Shown here one piece after another: positions 11,031-21,767 of a stretch of 64,000 nt of DNA. A program made the translations under genes and the position numbers. The notes under the pieces were generated by a model that did not search any database, was not told the origin of the DNA, and saw nothing but the letters and a program-made list of their open reading frames with translations. Numbering within the stretch: position 1 is the first letter of the stretch; each line of letters starts with the position of its first letter. This stretch comes from an uncultured Methanomassiliicoccales archaeon. GTDB lineage: Archaea; Thermoplasmatota; Thermoplasmata; Methanomassiliicoccales; UBA472. The DNA lies in the NCBI GenBank assembly GCA_963755265.1, contig CAVWKV010000131.1:14986-78985 (forward strand), written 5' to 3'.

Positions 11031-11414
11031 GATCGCCGACTCACTTCATCTTCTGGCCGCAATCGCCGCAGAATGGTGCATCCACCGTCTCCGCACGCAA
11101 TTGGGGCATTTGCTCGTGGGCTGTGTATCCGCATTGCACCGTTTCGCCTGGTCCAGAACTATTACTTCACGTTTCATGAAATTATTGGCCATTTTATGTC
11201 TCCTCCAAATATTCCCCTTTCGATGAAATAGACATAAATGGCCATGAACCTGCCGAAGATTAAATGTCTTGCCGAATGTTCATGTCACAATAATGTATAG
11301 AGCTACCCTTATACCCCAAGGAAATCCAATCGATAGTATAAATATCAAGATAAGCCCCAGTTGGATGGTCGTGAATAAAAACATTTATACCAACCTCAAG
11401 TATAGGTGCCCCTC

Positions 11415-11690
11415 ATGGAGATTATATTGATAGAGAAGGACAAGGATTCCATCCTTATCCAGATCAAAGAGGCCGACATGACCTTGATCTCTCCTCTGGT
11501 CAAGGAGCTTCTCGAGGACGAAATGGTCACAGAGGTGAAATATACCGCTGGACACCCAGACCTGGAGATCCCAACACTTTACGTCAAGGTCAAGAGCGGC
11601 AAGCCCCAGACGGCCCTGAAGAGAGCGGCCAAGGTGCTTTCCAATGAGTTCAAGGAAGCTCGAGAGAAGCTCGAAAAGGACCTGAAGTAG
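11415..11690 (+). CDS. rpoL: DNA-directed RNA polymerase subunit L (Rpo11)
   Basis: ~91 aa with KYTAGHP motif, matching the Rpo11 YxxxHP pattern. Confidence 0.85.
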   Translation: MEIILIEKDKDSILIQIKEADMTLISPLVKELLEDEMVTEVKYTAGHPDLEIPTLYVKVKSGKPQTALKRAAKVLSNEFKEAREKLEKDLK

Positions 11691-11692
11691 TC

Positions 11693-12997
11693 ATGGTATA
11701 TTCCGAGAACCCGAACCGTGAACGGGAGATCGGCATCGAGGTCTTTTACACTTCTACCAAAGGGACAGGAGGGCGCCTCAAGGCCGATGTCACGGACTTC
11801 ATCGTCAACGAGATCTCAGTTTATCCAGAGAGGACGGAAAATGGTAAGTACGCCATCACCAAGATCACTTCCACCAACTGGGAGACGAACCGACTTGTGC
11901 GCATGATATCCAAGAACCTGGGCATCACGCGCAATAAAATTACGTTCGCTGGAACGAAGGACAAGCGGGCGATCACATCACAACTTTTCTCCATCGAGGC
12001 CCCGGTGGAGGCAGTCCAGGCGTTGAGCATGCACCAAGTGGTCGTAGAGAATGTCTACGCCTCGAAGAAGCACATCACTATCGGCGATCTGATCGGCAAC
12101 TCGTTCCAGATCAGACTTCGCGACACGGTGCTGAAGGGAGAGGAAATGGCTGCATCAATGTCCCAGACCAGGAGCGAGCTTGAAGCGATCGGGGGGTTCC
12201 CTAATTTCTTCGGGGTACAGCGTTTTGGTTCGATCCGACCGGTCACACATCTGGTGGGCAAGCATATCGTGCACGGGGATTTCGAGAAGGCGGTCATGGT
12301 GTACATCGGCAACCCAAACGAGGAGGAGGACGAATGTTCACGTTTGCCTCGCCAGCACCTTCAGGAGACTATGGACCTTGAGACGGCGATGCAGGAGTTC
12401 CCCCGGACATTGACGTTCGAAAGGATGCTCATCGGCTGGGTGCTTAGGAACCCGGGTGACTGGTCGGGGGCGATCAGGACACTGCCTCCGAACCTGCAGA
12501 TGATGTTCGTCCATGCTTACCAATCATACCTGTTCAACCTCATCCTTAGTGAGAGGATAAGGAGAGGCATTCCGCTGGACCGGCCGATAGTGGGAGACGT
12601 CGTGTTGCCCGCGGACCGGAGCGGTTACGCAGACCACGATAAACCAGTTCCCGTGACCAAGTTCAACCTAGACCTGGTGGAAAAGAGCGTGAGCGAGCAC
12701 AAAGCGTTCGTCTCCGCAGTGCTCTTTGGCTCAGAGTCGAAGTTCGCCGAAGGCGAGATGGGAGAGATCGAGCGGAAGGTCGTGACCGCGGAAGGTGTGG
12801 AGCTCAAGGACTTCATCGTTCCCCAGATCTCCGAGTGCAATTCCCGAGGCTCACGCAGGGAGCTTCTTGCCCCGTTCAGGGACCTCAAGCTGGATTGCGC
12901 CGAGGACAGCGTGGACATGGCGTTCACCCTCGGTAAGGGGTGCTACGCCACGGTCATGCTGCGCGAGTTCATGAAGTCTGACCTGCTCGATTACTGA
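11693..12997 (+). CDS. truD: tRNA pseudouridine(13) synthase
   Basis: AGTKDKRAITSQ, GFPNFFGVQRFG, HAYQSYLFN, LGKGCYAT. Confidence 0.96.
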   Translation: MVYSENPNREREIGIEVFYTSTKGTGGRLKADVTDFIVNEISVYPERTENGKYAITKITSTNWETNRLVRMISKNLGITRNKITFAGTKDKRAITSQLFSIEAPVEAVQALSMHQVVVENVYASKKHITIGDLIGNSFQIRLRDTVLKGEEMAASMSQTRSELEAIGGFPNFFGVQRFGSIRPVTHLVGKHIVHGDFEKAVMVYIGNPNEEEDECSRLPRQHLQETMDLETAMQEFPRTLTFERMLIGWVLRNPGDWSGAIRTLPPNLQMMFVHAYQSYLFNLILSERIRRGIPLDRPIVGDVVLPADRSGYADHDKPVPVTKFNLDLVEKSVSEHKAFVSAVLFGSESKFAEGEMGEIERKVVTAEGVELKDFIVPQISECNSRGSRRELLAPFRDLKLDCAEDSVDMAFTLGKGCYATVMLREFMKSDLLDY

Positions 12998-13022
12998 GAT
13001 GCCCGGGTAATTCTGAAAGGGT

Positions 13023-16000
13023 TTACAGCCTGGACCAGTCCTTTGACTGTTTATCTACATCGGTTCCCGGTTCAGCTTCAGCATCCTGAGCCTCGCTTTC
13101 CTCGAGTATCGCCCTTGGGTCCTTCTTCGGCGCCGATTTCTTCATCGCGGCCGCTCCCTCGATCGGGGCATGACAGCGCGGGCACAGACCTCCTCTGACG
13201 CACTCATCGCATAGAAGCGAAGAGCACTTTGTGCAGGCCGTGACCGCCGCCTCGCCATGGAACAGGCATCTCCTTCCCTGGACCTCGGAGGAGTCCACCT
13301 TCCTCGGCCGCTTCTCTTGGTTATAGAAGGTCTGGTATAGGTCCTTCTGCTCGTCCCCGAACATGATCGGTTCCCGCGTGGGCCTCTTCTCCATCGGTGG
13401 GACGCCAGACTCGACCTGATATTCCACCCCTGGTGACTGCCTCGGCTCTGGGCGAACACGTTTGGGCCTCTGCTCTGGAAGCGTGATCGGTTCTTCCGAT
13501 TCCACCCATTCCTTCGGGTTCTGCGGCTTGCGTTTAGGCTTGAGTTCCTCTTCCGCCTCTTCCGGTGATGGCTTTGGCTCGTTCGCCCTGAGCGTCTTGA
13601 TGACGACCATGAGGCGACGGGCAGTGAATATGCCGACGCCGAGCGTCTCGATGATGCCCATCACATTCCGCTTTTCCTCTGGCAGGTTCATAGCCGTACG
13701 CAGGAGCTTCTCCGTCCTGGCATCCATGATGGTGTGGTTGAGGTCCATCTTGTTGACCTTCTCCACATAACTGAGAACCTTCTTGGCACGGACTATGTCC
13801 TTGCCCGGCAATGCCATCATTACGTCGGACAGCCCCAATCCACTCTCCTTGACCCGCGGGTTTCGTGACGCCGCCAATAGAACGAACCTTGAATCTTCCT
13901 CGAATTGATCGAGGTCAGCATCGTTCAGCAGTTCAACGTTGACCGGTTCGCGCTGATCCAAGAACGTCGAGACCTCTTCCAGGCTGTTGTACGGTATGCC
14001 GCACTCCTTGAACATCTCCTCCTTGGACATGCGCCGGTTCTGCCGGTATTCGCACTCCAGCACACTCGTCGCCTGGTTGACCACCTCGATCTCGTGCAGC
14101 TTTTGATCCGCCACTTTAAGCGACTCCCTGGCCTGTTCGAAGTTGGGGTTGAGCTCCAGCGCTTTCTTTAGAGAATCCTGGGCTTCGGCGAACCGCTGCA
14201 GGGTCAGATATGAAACCCCACGACCGTAGAAAGCGAGTGGGTCCGATGGGTCCAGCGCGATGGCTCCTTCGTAGTTCTTGATCGCCTCTTCATGGCGCTG
14301 AAGCCTCTGGCAAATATCGCCTCGCTCCATCAGCATGCGCCGGTTCTTCGGGTCGCATGCAAGTGCCTTCTTAATTGCCTCGTACGCGTTTGGTGCGTCG
14401 TCTATCTGCAAACGGATGACCGCAATGCGCTCCCATGCGCTTGCATCGGAGGCGTCCATCGCCACCGCCTTCATGAAGGCTTCCAGCGCATCGTTGTAGT
14501 GCTTCAATTCCTCCAGGGCGCGGCCTTTCGCTTTGTATATTCCCTGCTCCTCCGCTCCCAGTTCCAAGGCACGGTTCAGACATATCACGCAATCCTGGAA
14601 CTGGCCCAGCTTGAACATGACGTTGCCCTTGTACTTCCAAGTCTGAGGATCGTTCTTGTCCACGGCCAGCGCAGCGTCGAACGCTTCCACCGCCTCGGCC
14701 AGGTTGCCCAATGAGGCCAGGGCCCTTCCCCGATCGCTCTGGAAGCGCGAATTTCCCGGTTGCCCGGTCACGCATTGGTCGAAGACCTCCAATGCCCTGT
14801 TGTACTCCCTCATCAATAGATAGGCCCTTCCCTTGTTGTCGAGTGGCAACAGGTCGGAACCGTCCAACGCGAACGTCCGGTCGAACTCGACCACAGCGTC
14901 GGCATAACGGCCCAGACCGACTAGGACGAGACCCTTGCGGTTGTGTAGTTCCTTGTCCCGGTCATCCACTGCAAGCGCCATGGAATATGTGTCGTTGGCC
15001 TCGGCCAACCTCCCCAGTCGCTCGAGCGCGAAGGCCTTGTCCATCAAGGCCGGCTTGTCGCTCGGCGCGACCTTCAGGATCGAATCACAAACCCCGATGA
15101 TCTCCTCCGCCACTCCTTTGGCCACAACCGACGTCTTCTTATAGTGAAGGATCGCCAAGTTCCCTGGTTCGATCCCCAACGCCGCATCGAATGCCTCGAT
15201 TGCATCCTCGAAATGGTTCAGCCGATGTGACGCCACCCCCAGGTCGACGAAGGCATTTCGGTTCTTGCCGTCCAGCTTGATTATCCTCTGGCAGACCTTG
15301 ACCAGCTCCTCCAGGCGGTCGGTGTGCTTCAGCGAAACCTTCTTCATCTCCAGGAGCTCGATGTCTTTAGGTGCCAGTTCCAATGCCTTATCGAAGGATT
15401 TGATCGCGGACTCATGGTCGTTCATCTTGGCCAGCACTTGACCGGTGCGAATGTGGACGAACTTGTTGCTATCGTCCAAACGCAGGGCCTCCTCATAGCA
15501 CTCAAGCGCCTGAGGATAACGCTGGAGCCATTCCAGTGCCACTCCCTTGCTCAGCCAAACGTTCTTGTCCTTGGGATCTTATCGCCAGCGCCTCATCATA
15601 GGCGGCGACGGCTTCCTCGTAACGTTTGGCGTTCTCCAGAGCCAAGCCGCGGGAGTATATGAGTCGCTTCTCCCCTGGCGAGAGCTTCACCGCATTACTG
15701 AACGATGTGACCGCCTCTGTATAATTCTTCAGGGCGAAGTTGCTGTCTCCCTGAACCCTCCAGAAAGCCACCTGGTTGGGGTACATCTGGGTGCCCAGTG
15801 TGGAGCGGGCTAGCGACTCCTCGAACCGGCCCATGGAGAACAGCGCCAAGGATAGGTCCTTGAGGTTATCCTTGTCGTCTGGGTCCAATGCCATGACCTG
15901 CTCGTATAGCTCGACCGCGTCGTCCTTGCGGTTCATCCGGTCCAGGGCCACAGCCTTGTCGAAAAGCGCACCTTCGTTCACGGGGTTGACCCTGAGGATC

Positions 16001-17424
16001 CGGTCACATGAGTCAAGCACGTCCTTGTCCTTGCCAATGTGCTTGTAGGATTCTTTGATGCAGATAAGCGGTGCCTCGTTCGAGGGCTGCACCTTGGCAG
16101 CCTTCTCCAGCGGCTTCAGAGCGTCGCGGAACCGAGTGGCTTTCATATAGGCCGATCCCAGGTCCATGAGTGCCTGGAAATCCTCCTTTTCCTTGGCGAG
16201 CTTGGCCTCCGCCAGGGCAATGACCGCTTCCATATTACCAGATTGGAGCATGATCTTGCGCTTTCTTGCCAACAGTTCGTCGTCCAATTGGAATCGCTTG
16301 AGCGCGGACTCTACCGCCTCGGAAGCCTCGTCGAACCTGCCCAACCGGAATAGCGCGTCGATGCGTTCTAAGAAGACCGATCTATCCTCTATCTTCCTGT
16401 CTATGAGCTTGCCAGCGTAAACGGATATGTCCTCATCTGCGCTATTCTTCTTCGCAACCTGCAGCTTGCCGTTGATCGCCACGATGAGCTCGGGATCAAT
16501 GGCTAAGGCTCGGTCATATGCTGTGGAGGACTCCTCCAGTCTTCCCAATTCAAAAAGCAAGGCGGCGACCTCTGTCCAGGTGAGCTTGTTCTGGCCATCG
16601 CTGCGGAGCGATTCTTTATATTGGGCCAGCGCGGCAGCGTTGTCTACTTTGTCCTTGAAGCCACGGGCCTTGTAAAGGTGAGCGAGGGCGTTGGACGAAT
16701 CGCGGGCCAGGACGTCGTCATAGATGAGCAGGGCTTGATCGGTCCGCTTAAGCAGGGTCAATATCTCTCCCTTCCTCAGCATCAGCTCCACTGTCCTAGG
16801 CATCAGGGAGACCGCCTGATCGATCGCCACGAGAGCCTCTTCGTTCTTACCCTGGGAGACGAGTAGGTCAGCTTTTTTTCGGAACAGCGGTGCTTTGTCC
16901 TCGGTCCTTTGGATCAGCCTGTCAAGTATTGAGATGTCTGACGGATCGAGGTCCATGGCCTTCTTCAGGCACAGGATAACAAGATCCTGTCTGTGCATTG
17001 AATCCTGCAGATCCGCTTTGAAAAGCCAGGTAGATTTATCAGCAGCAGGAAGGAGAGTAGCCCTGTCCAGGACCGAGATGGCCTGAGGGCCCTCGCCCTT
17101 CTTGACCAGAGCCTTTGCGAAGGCGGTCAGGGCCACCAGGTCGTTAGGGGAGGTTTTCAAAGCCAGGTCCGCCGCATTAGCGGCGTCGAGTGACATCCCG
17201 CATTCGAGATAGTCCTTGGAGAGCCTGACCATCGTCTCGACCAGAAGCGTCTGCTGGGCCGGCTCAACAACAACACCAAGCAACGCATCGCGTGACTTGG
17301 TCAGTTCGGAAATAGCTGCGTCGAGATTCTTCGCGAGAATGTAACGCTCCGCAGTATCCATTGATTTCTGCGCCTTTCGGACCGCCCTGATGTCGGTCTC
17401 TTTACCAGGAGTCAGGAGTCCCAT
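13023..17424 (-). CDS. Very large TPR protein (~1466 aa) with C-terminal B-box-type zinc finger; one frameshift near 15580
   Basis: Removing one A from GCG ATA AGA TCC gives ALAIDPKDKNVWLSKGVALEW, joining ORFs 15502-17424 and 13023-15542. Tail motif CLFH-x7-CTKC-x4-CDEC-x5-CPRC. Confidence 0.85.
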
Positions 17425-17496
17425 CCCATCACCACTGAGGCGACAAACGGCGTTGTTGCACTAAAACCTTTTCTCTGGATTCTTGTGATTTTATAT

Positions 17497-17667
17497 TGTC
17501 GGTCGAAATTTGATAATGTGTCGGACGAAAATAATAGTACACAGATGTTCTACTTCTTCTTGGTAGAGTCTTATTGTTTTTTTCGCTGGTATCAAAATAT
17601 GACGATGAATAAAAACCATTATATACGTCAATATCTCATATCCTAATTGTCTGACGTAAGTCGGACA
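17497..17667. promoter_or_regulatory. Repeated TGTCGGAC-type operator sites in a divergent promoter
   Basis: TGTCGGTCGAAA (17497), TGTCGGACGAAA (17519) and imperfect palindrome TGTCTGAC-GTAA-GTCGGACA (17648-17667) just after TTATATA. Confidence 0.5.
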
Positions 17668-17688
17668 GAAACTCTAGGATGGGATGCA

Positions 17689-17865
17689 ATGGGACTAGAG
17701 CAGCTATCGGCAGAATATGGGATCAGCCTGGACGTGCTGGAGTGGATGAAAACCCACACCATCGATGACCTCAAGCATATCGCTGAAGGCATGGATACGA
17801 AAGGGATAGACCTCAAAGAGCTTTGGTGCCTCATCAACGACCTACGCGTCATGGAAGACAATTAG
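17689..17865 (+). CDS. Small acidic helical hypothetical protein
   Basis: Host-like codon usage; TATA element upstream at ~17620. Confidence 0.55.
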   Translation: MGLEQLSAEYGISLDVLEWMKTHTIDDLKHIAEGMDTKGIDLKELWCLINDLRVMEDN

Positions 17866-18200
17866 GGCGTTGATCTGACAACAATGCCTTTTCCGGTAAC
17901 GACTCAGAGGACGAAGGAGGATGGGACCTTCGCCCTCACCCCAAATTTCTAATGTTCTAAACCAATGCACCATTTCGTCCGTGGCCGGGACAATAAATAC
18001 CATTTATTCGAGATCCAATGGGGAATGACGGGCGGTCTCACCTTTGTCCTCTTGCTTCGGCTACAGAGGAATTCGGAAGTCTGCGGCAATGCCTTCGTGA
18101 TCAGCTGAGTGTCTTCCCCCAAGGATGAATAAGGAAGGGCTGGCCATTCTAACGGCGATAGAAGTTTTTTATATCAATGAACCATTAGGTCGCCCAACTC

Positions 18201-18296
18201 GCAGGTGTAATCTAGCGGTTAGGATTTTAGCCTTCCAATCCCCAGAAATGGGGAAGAGGCTAGCTAAACACTCGGGTTCGAATCCCGACACCTGCA
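18201..18296 (+). tRNA. tRNA-Gly(TCC) with 24-nt intron at 37/38 (18238-18261)
   Basis: Acceptor GCAGGTG/CACCTGC; anticodon stem TTAGC/GCTAA with CT-TCC-A; T arm GGGTTCGAATCCC; intron forms a bulge-helix-bulge-like structure. Confidence 0.92.
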
Positions 18297-18557
18297 CTCT
18301 TATGCATATCCAGCATTCCAATTTTTTTCGTCAATCAAGGGGTTTTTGACCTTTTCGCATCTGGCTACCTCTTGGGGTTTCGGTGCCATGAGGCCTTGCA
18401 TCCTCAAAAATCTCTTTGCTTCTTTTCGCCTTCGGAGCATTTGATAAACCGGGCGGCAAGGTGGAGCATAGCCGAACTAGCACAGAACAAAGTTATCTTA
18501 AATCGAGTTACGGAAGATGAAAAAGGAAAGGTAAGGAGTTTAGGTTATTCTTCATGC

Positions 18558-21506
18558 TCATTCTTTCTTGATGGTATTATCACTTCCATCCAGAGGCAAT
18601 TTCTTCTTCCGACCTTCGCGTTGCAATATGCCTGGCGCCCACCAAGCCTTCTTTCCCATGAGCGTCATAGCTGCAGGAACGATGTAAGTTCTGACAACCA
18701 TGGCATCGAGCAGGATGGCTAGGGTCAAGGCGAAGCCAAATTCCTGGAGCATGGTGTTGCTCGATAGCATCATCGATCCGAAGGCACCGGCCATGATCAG
18801 GGCCAGCGCGGAGATTATTCCGCCGGTCCAATCCACAGCGTCGACCACCGCCTGCTTGGTATCTTTGCCCTTGTGCACCTCTTCCCGTATTCGGGTTAGG
18901 ATAAACACATTGTAATCCATTCCAAGCCCCATCAGCATCACGAACAGTATTAGGGGGATTATGAAAAGGACGGGTTTTCCCAGCCAATTGCCAAACACCA
19001 GAACCGTCATAGCGAACGACCAGGAGATGCTCATCGCTATGGACACAATAGCAAATACGGGCAATAACAACGATCCGAGTACTATCATGAGTACCACGAA
19101 TATGCCGATAATCACGAGCATCTCGATATTGCTGAACTGATTGGTAATGGTAAGGCTCAGGTCATAGAGCGAAGCACTTGTGCCACCTACCAAAATGGTC
19201 GATCCGGCCAGGGTCGGTTGGAGTCCCTGGGCTTTGGCCAGCTCATCCCTCAGCGTCGGGATGAAGTTCACTGCGGCGGCGCTCTCCGGCTGCTGTTTGA
19301 GCACTACAGTCAGAAGGACAGTTTTATTATCACTTCCCAAGCTCTGCAACATCTGTTGCCGTTCTTCTGCCGAAATGGAACTCATATTGTTGTAGTCGAC
19401 CCATTCTCCGTACGGCCTGGTGATCCCTGTCACCTGTTGGACCATCGGATCGGCCGCTATGGTTGCCGTTATGTTATCGATAGCATTCAGATAAGTATCG
19501 TTGAAGCTCGATCCATCATAGACCAGAGTGTCACCGGTGATCACGATCTGTGTCGGCATTATTCGGCCGGCACCGAAGTCGGAGGTCATGGCGTTCATAC
19601 CTTGGATGCTTTGCGGAGTGCCCATGCTGTCGATGAAGTCGAAATTGGTCTCAGTTGTGACGAAGAGATAGGTCGTTGGTATCGAAATCAGAATCGCTGC
19701 CACCACGATCACCTTGGCGTGATGAACTGCAAACGATGCGGCCTTGTGGAAATAACCGTGGTTTCCGACCCTCTTTCTCTCCATGACCTTATCGGCAAAC
19801 CTCTTCCACCTTTGCCCTGTGGTAGGCCAGAAAATCCGATTACCGAAGAGCATCAGTATGGATGGTATTAAAGTCAGGGCCACTAGCAACGCCACGACGA
19901 TCGCCAGGCCGAGAACGAGGCCCATGGTCTGCACCATAGCGAACGAAGAAGTGGCCATGGCAAAGAATGCAATGACAACCGTCGCACCGCTGGTGACAAT
20001 GGACTCGCCGGCCCAAGTGACCGAGGTATGCACCGCCTGCTCCCTCGTGGATCCTTTGATCCTTTCCTCCCGATAACGCATGATGATGAAGACCGAGTAA
20101 TCCGTCCCTACGCCTATCAGTATCGAGAACAGCATTGTCAGAGTGGAAGAGTTAATCTGCGCCACCGTCGAGCCGATCACGAACACAAGTGCTTCGCTGA
20201 TGCCCAATGCCACTCCCACGGCGCCCAAAGGTAGGAACTCCCCCAATACCGAGCGGAAAAGAAGCCCCATCAGGACGATGATGATGGTTATGGTGATCGG
20301 CATGATGAGCGTCATGTCGTTGGTCGAAGAGGTTTGCATATCCGCGGTCATGGCGGCATCCCCGGTGACGTAGGTGGTTATGGACGAGCCGCTCTCTGAC
20401 TTCAAATCACTAATTATACCCCTCAGGACTCCAACGTTGTCGATCATCGGCTTATCGCCGTCAGATTCGGTGTAGGTCGATGTAACCGTGAAGGAGACTA
20501 TGACCAGCATGGTCCGGTTGTTAGATGATACAAAATTGGTCGTGAGCAGCTCAGGTATCTTGATCGGATAGGTAGCCAGAGTATCATTGGCTACCACCGA
20601 ATCGACAAATGAGGAGACTACCCCCAATTGATAGGTGGGGCCGAGGTCGTAGACCTTCTGCAGGAAGGTCGCATTGTTTATTGAAGCCTCACTGCCGACC
20701 ATATTCATGGCAAATGTGTGGATCCTAGATTCATCATTGAAGTTGGTTATATTGAATTCGGACAATGTTGCCAGCATTATCTGTTTCTGAGATGATGGCA
20801 CGGACAATCCATCGATGAAGCTAGGAGCTACTGCTTTGACGCAGTAATCGGCCCGGACCACAGGGTCGTTCACGAGCGTGCTATTATCAGAAGTGCTGTT
20901 CCATTCTCCCGCGAAGGCATTATAATAGCTCATAGCGATCGTCGTAGTGTTCTGTCCAGCATCTTGCTGGTTAAGGTACGCTATGAGATTTGTTTCCGTC
21001 GCGTTGTAGGCGTCCGAGTCTGAATGGGTCTGATTCCAATTTGCCACCTGCAACGCAGGAATGCCCCACAACAGGAAGGCGCTCTCGTTGATCTGTGCCT
21101 CGGCAGGCCTCAAACTCGGACCGAGCTGCATGATGTATTGTTCCATTACCAGCTCAGCGGAGGTATAGACGGAGGTTACGCTCTGCAGGTCCTTGATATC
21201 TGAAGAGTTTTGTATCCGTTGTTGCAGTTCGAGGACGAAGTTTCTTGAATTTGCGTCTGAAATATTGTTGGCCTGTAGCACGATCAATAATGTGCCGTTA
21301 GCAACCGATTTCTGAAAATCGGCAGAAATGATGTTTTGCGCCTGAACCGACTCATAATTTCCAGTGGCACCTTGCGTTTGCTGATAATTAATCACGTTAT
21401 TGACCTGCAAGATCGCGGGCACGGATATCAGCAGGACTATAATCCATGCAATCAACACCTTCTTGTAATGCTTGGTAAGGCCATTGGCAATCCTATCGAA
21501 CAACAT
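18558..21506 (-). CDS. MMPL/RND family transporter
   Basis: GVGTDYSVFIIMRYREE and GLGMDYNVFILTRIREE repeats; large N/T/S-rich extracytoplasmic loop. Confidence 0.92.
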   Translation of the reverse strand: MLFDRIANGLTKHYKKVLIAWIIVLLISVPAILQVNNVINYQQTQGATGNYESVQAQNIISADFQKSVANGTLLIVLQANNISDANSRNFVLELQQRIQNSSDIKDLQSVTSVYTSAELVMEQYIMQLGPSLRPAEAQINESAFLLWGIPALQVANWNQTHSDSDAYNATETNLIAYLNQQDAGQNTTTIAMSYYNAFAGEWNSTSDNSTLVNDPVVRADYCVKAVAPSFIDGLSVPSSQKQIMLATLSEFNITNFNDESRIHTFAMNMVGSEASINNATFLQKVYDLGPTYQLGVVSSFVDSVVANDTLATYPIKIPELLTTNFVSSNNRTMLVIVSFTVTSTYTESDGDKPMIDNVGVLRGIISDLKSESGSSITTYVTGDAAMTADMQTSSTNDMTLIMPITITIIIVLMGLLFRSVLGEFLPLGAVGVALGISEALVFVIGSTVAQINSSTLTMLFSILIGVGTDYSVFIIMRYREERIKGSTREQAVHTSVTWAGESIVTSGATVVIAFFAMATSSFAMVQTMGLVLGLAIVVALLVALTLIPSILMLFGNRIFWPTTGQRWKRFADKVMERKRVGNHGYFHKAASFAVHHAKVIVVAAILISIPTTYLFVTTETNFDFIDSMGTPQSIQGMNAMTSDFGAGRIMPTQIVITGDTLVYDGSSFNDTYLNAIDNITATIAADPMVQQVTGITRPYGEWVDYNNMSSISAEERQQMLQSLGSDNKTVLLTVVLKQQPESAAAVNFIPTLRDELAKAQGLQPTLAGSTILVGGTSASLYDLSLTITNQFSNIEMLVIIGIFVVLMIVLGSLLLPVFAIVSIAMSISWSFAMTVLVFGNWLGKPVLFIIPLILFVMLMGLGMDYNVFILTRIREEVHKGKDTKQAVVDAVDWTGGIISALALIMAGAFGSMMLSSNTMLQEFGFALTLAILLDAMVVRTYIVPAAMTLMGKKAWWAPGILQREGRKKKLPLDGSDNTIKKE

Positions 21507-21767
21507 TTCGTATCCTGCTCCTCGATGCTGCAATCATTCTCTTCCCGACACCCGCCATCGCAATTATAAGTCTATTGTCATTAGAATAATGAAATGAATG
21601 ACACCATCAACGAGCTCATACCACTTGTGTTTAACGATTATGAGGCCGGGGTGTGCCTGGCTATTGTAAGCTGAGTAAAGACGCTGCCAAGAATATCGGC
21701 GAGCGGAGCATAATGCTTCGGTCACAGTCCGTCGTCTGCCGAGAGCAAGCGATAAAACAGATTATAA

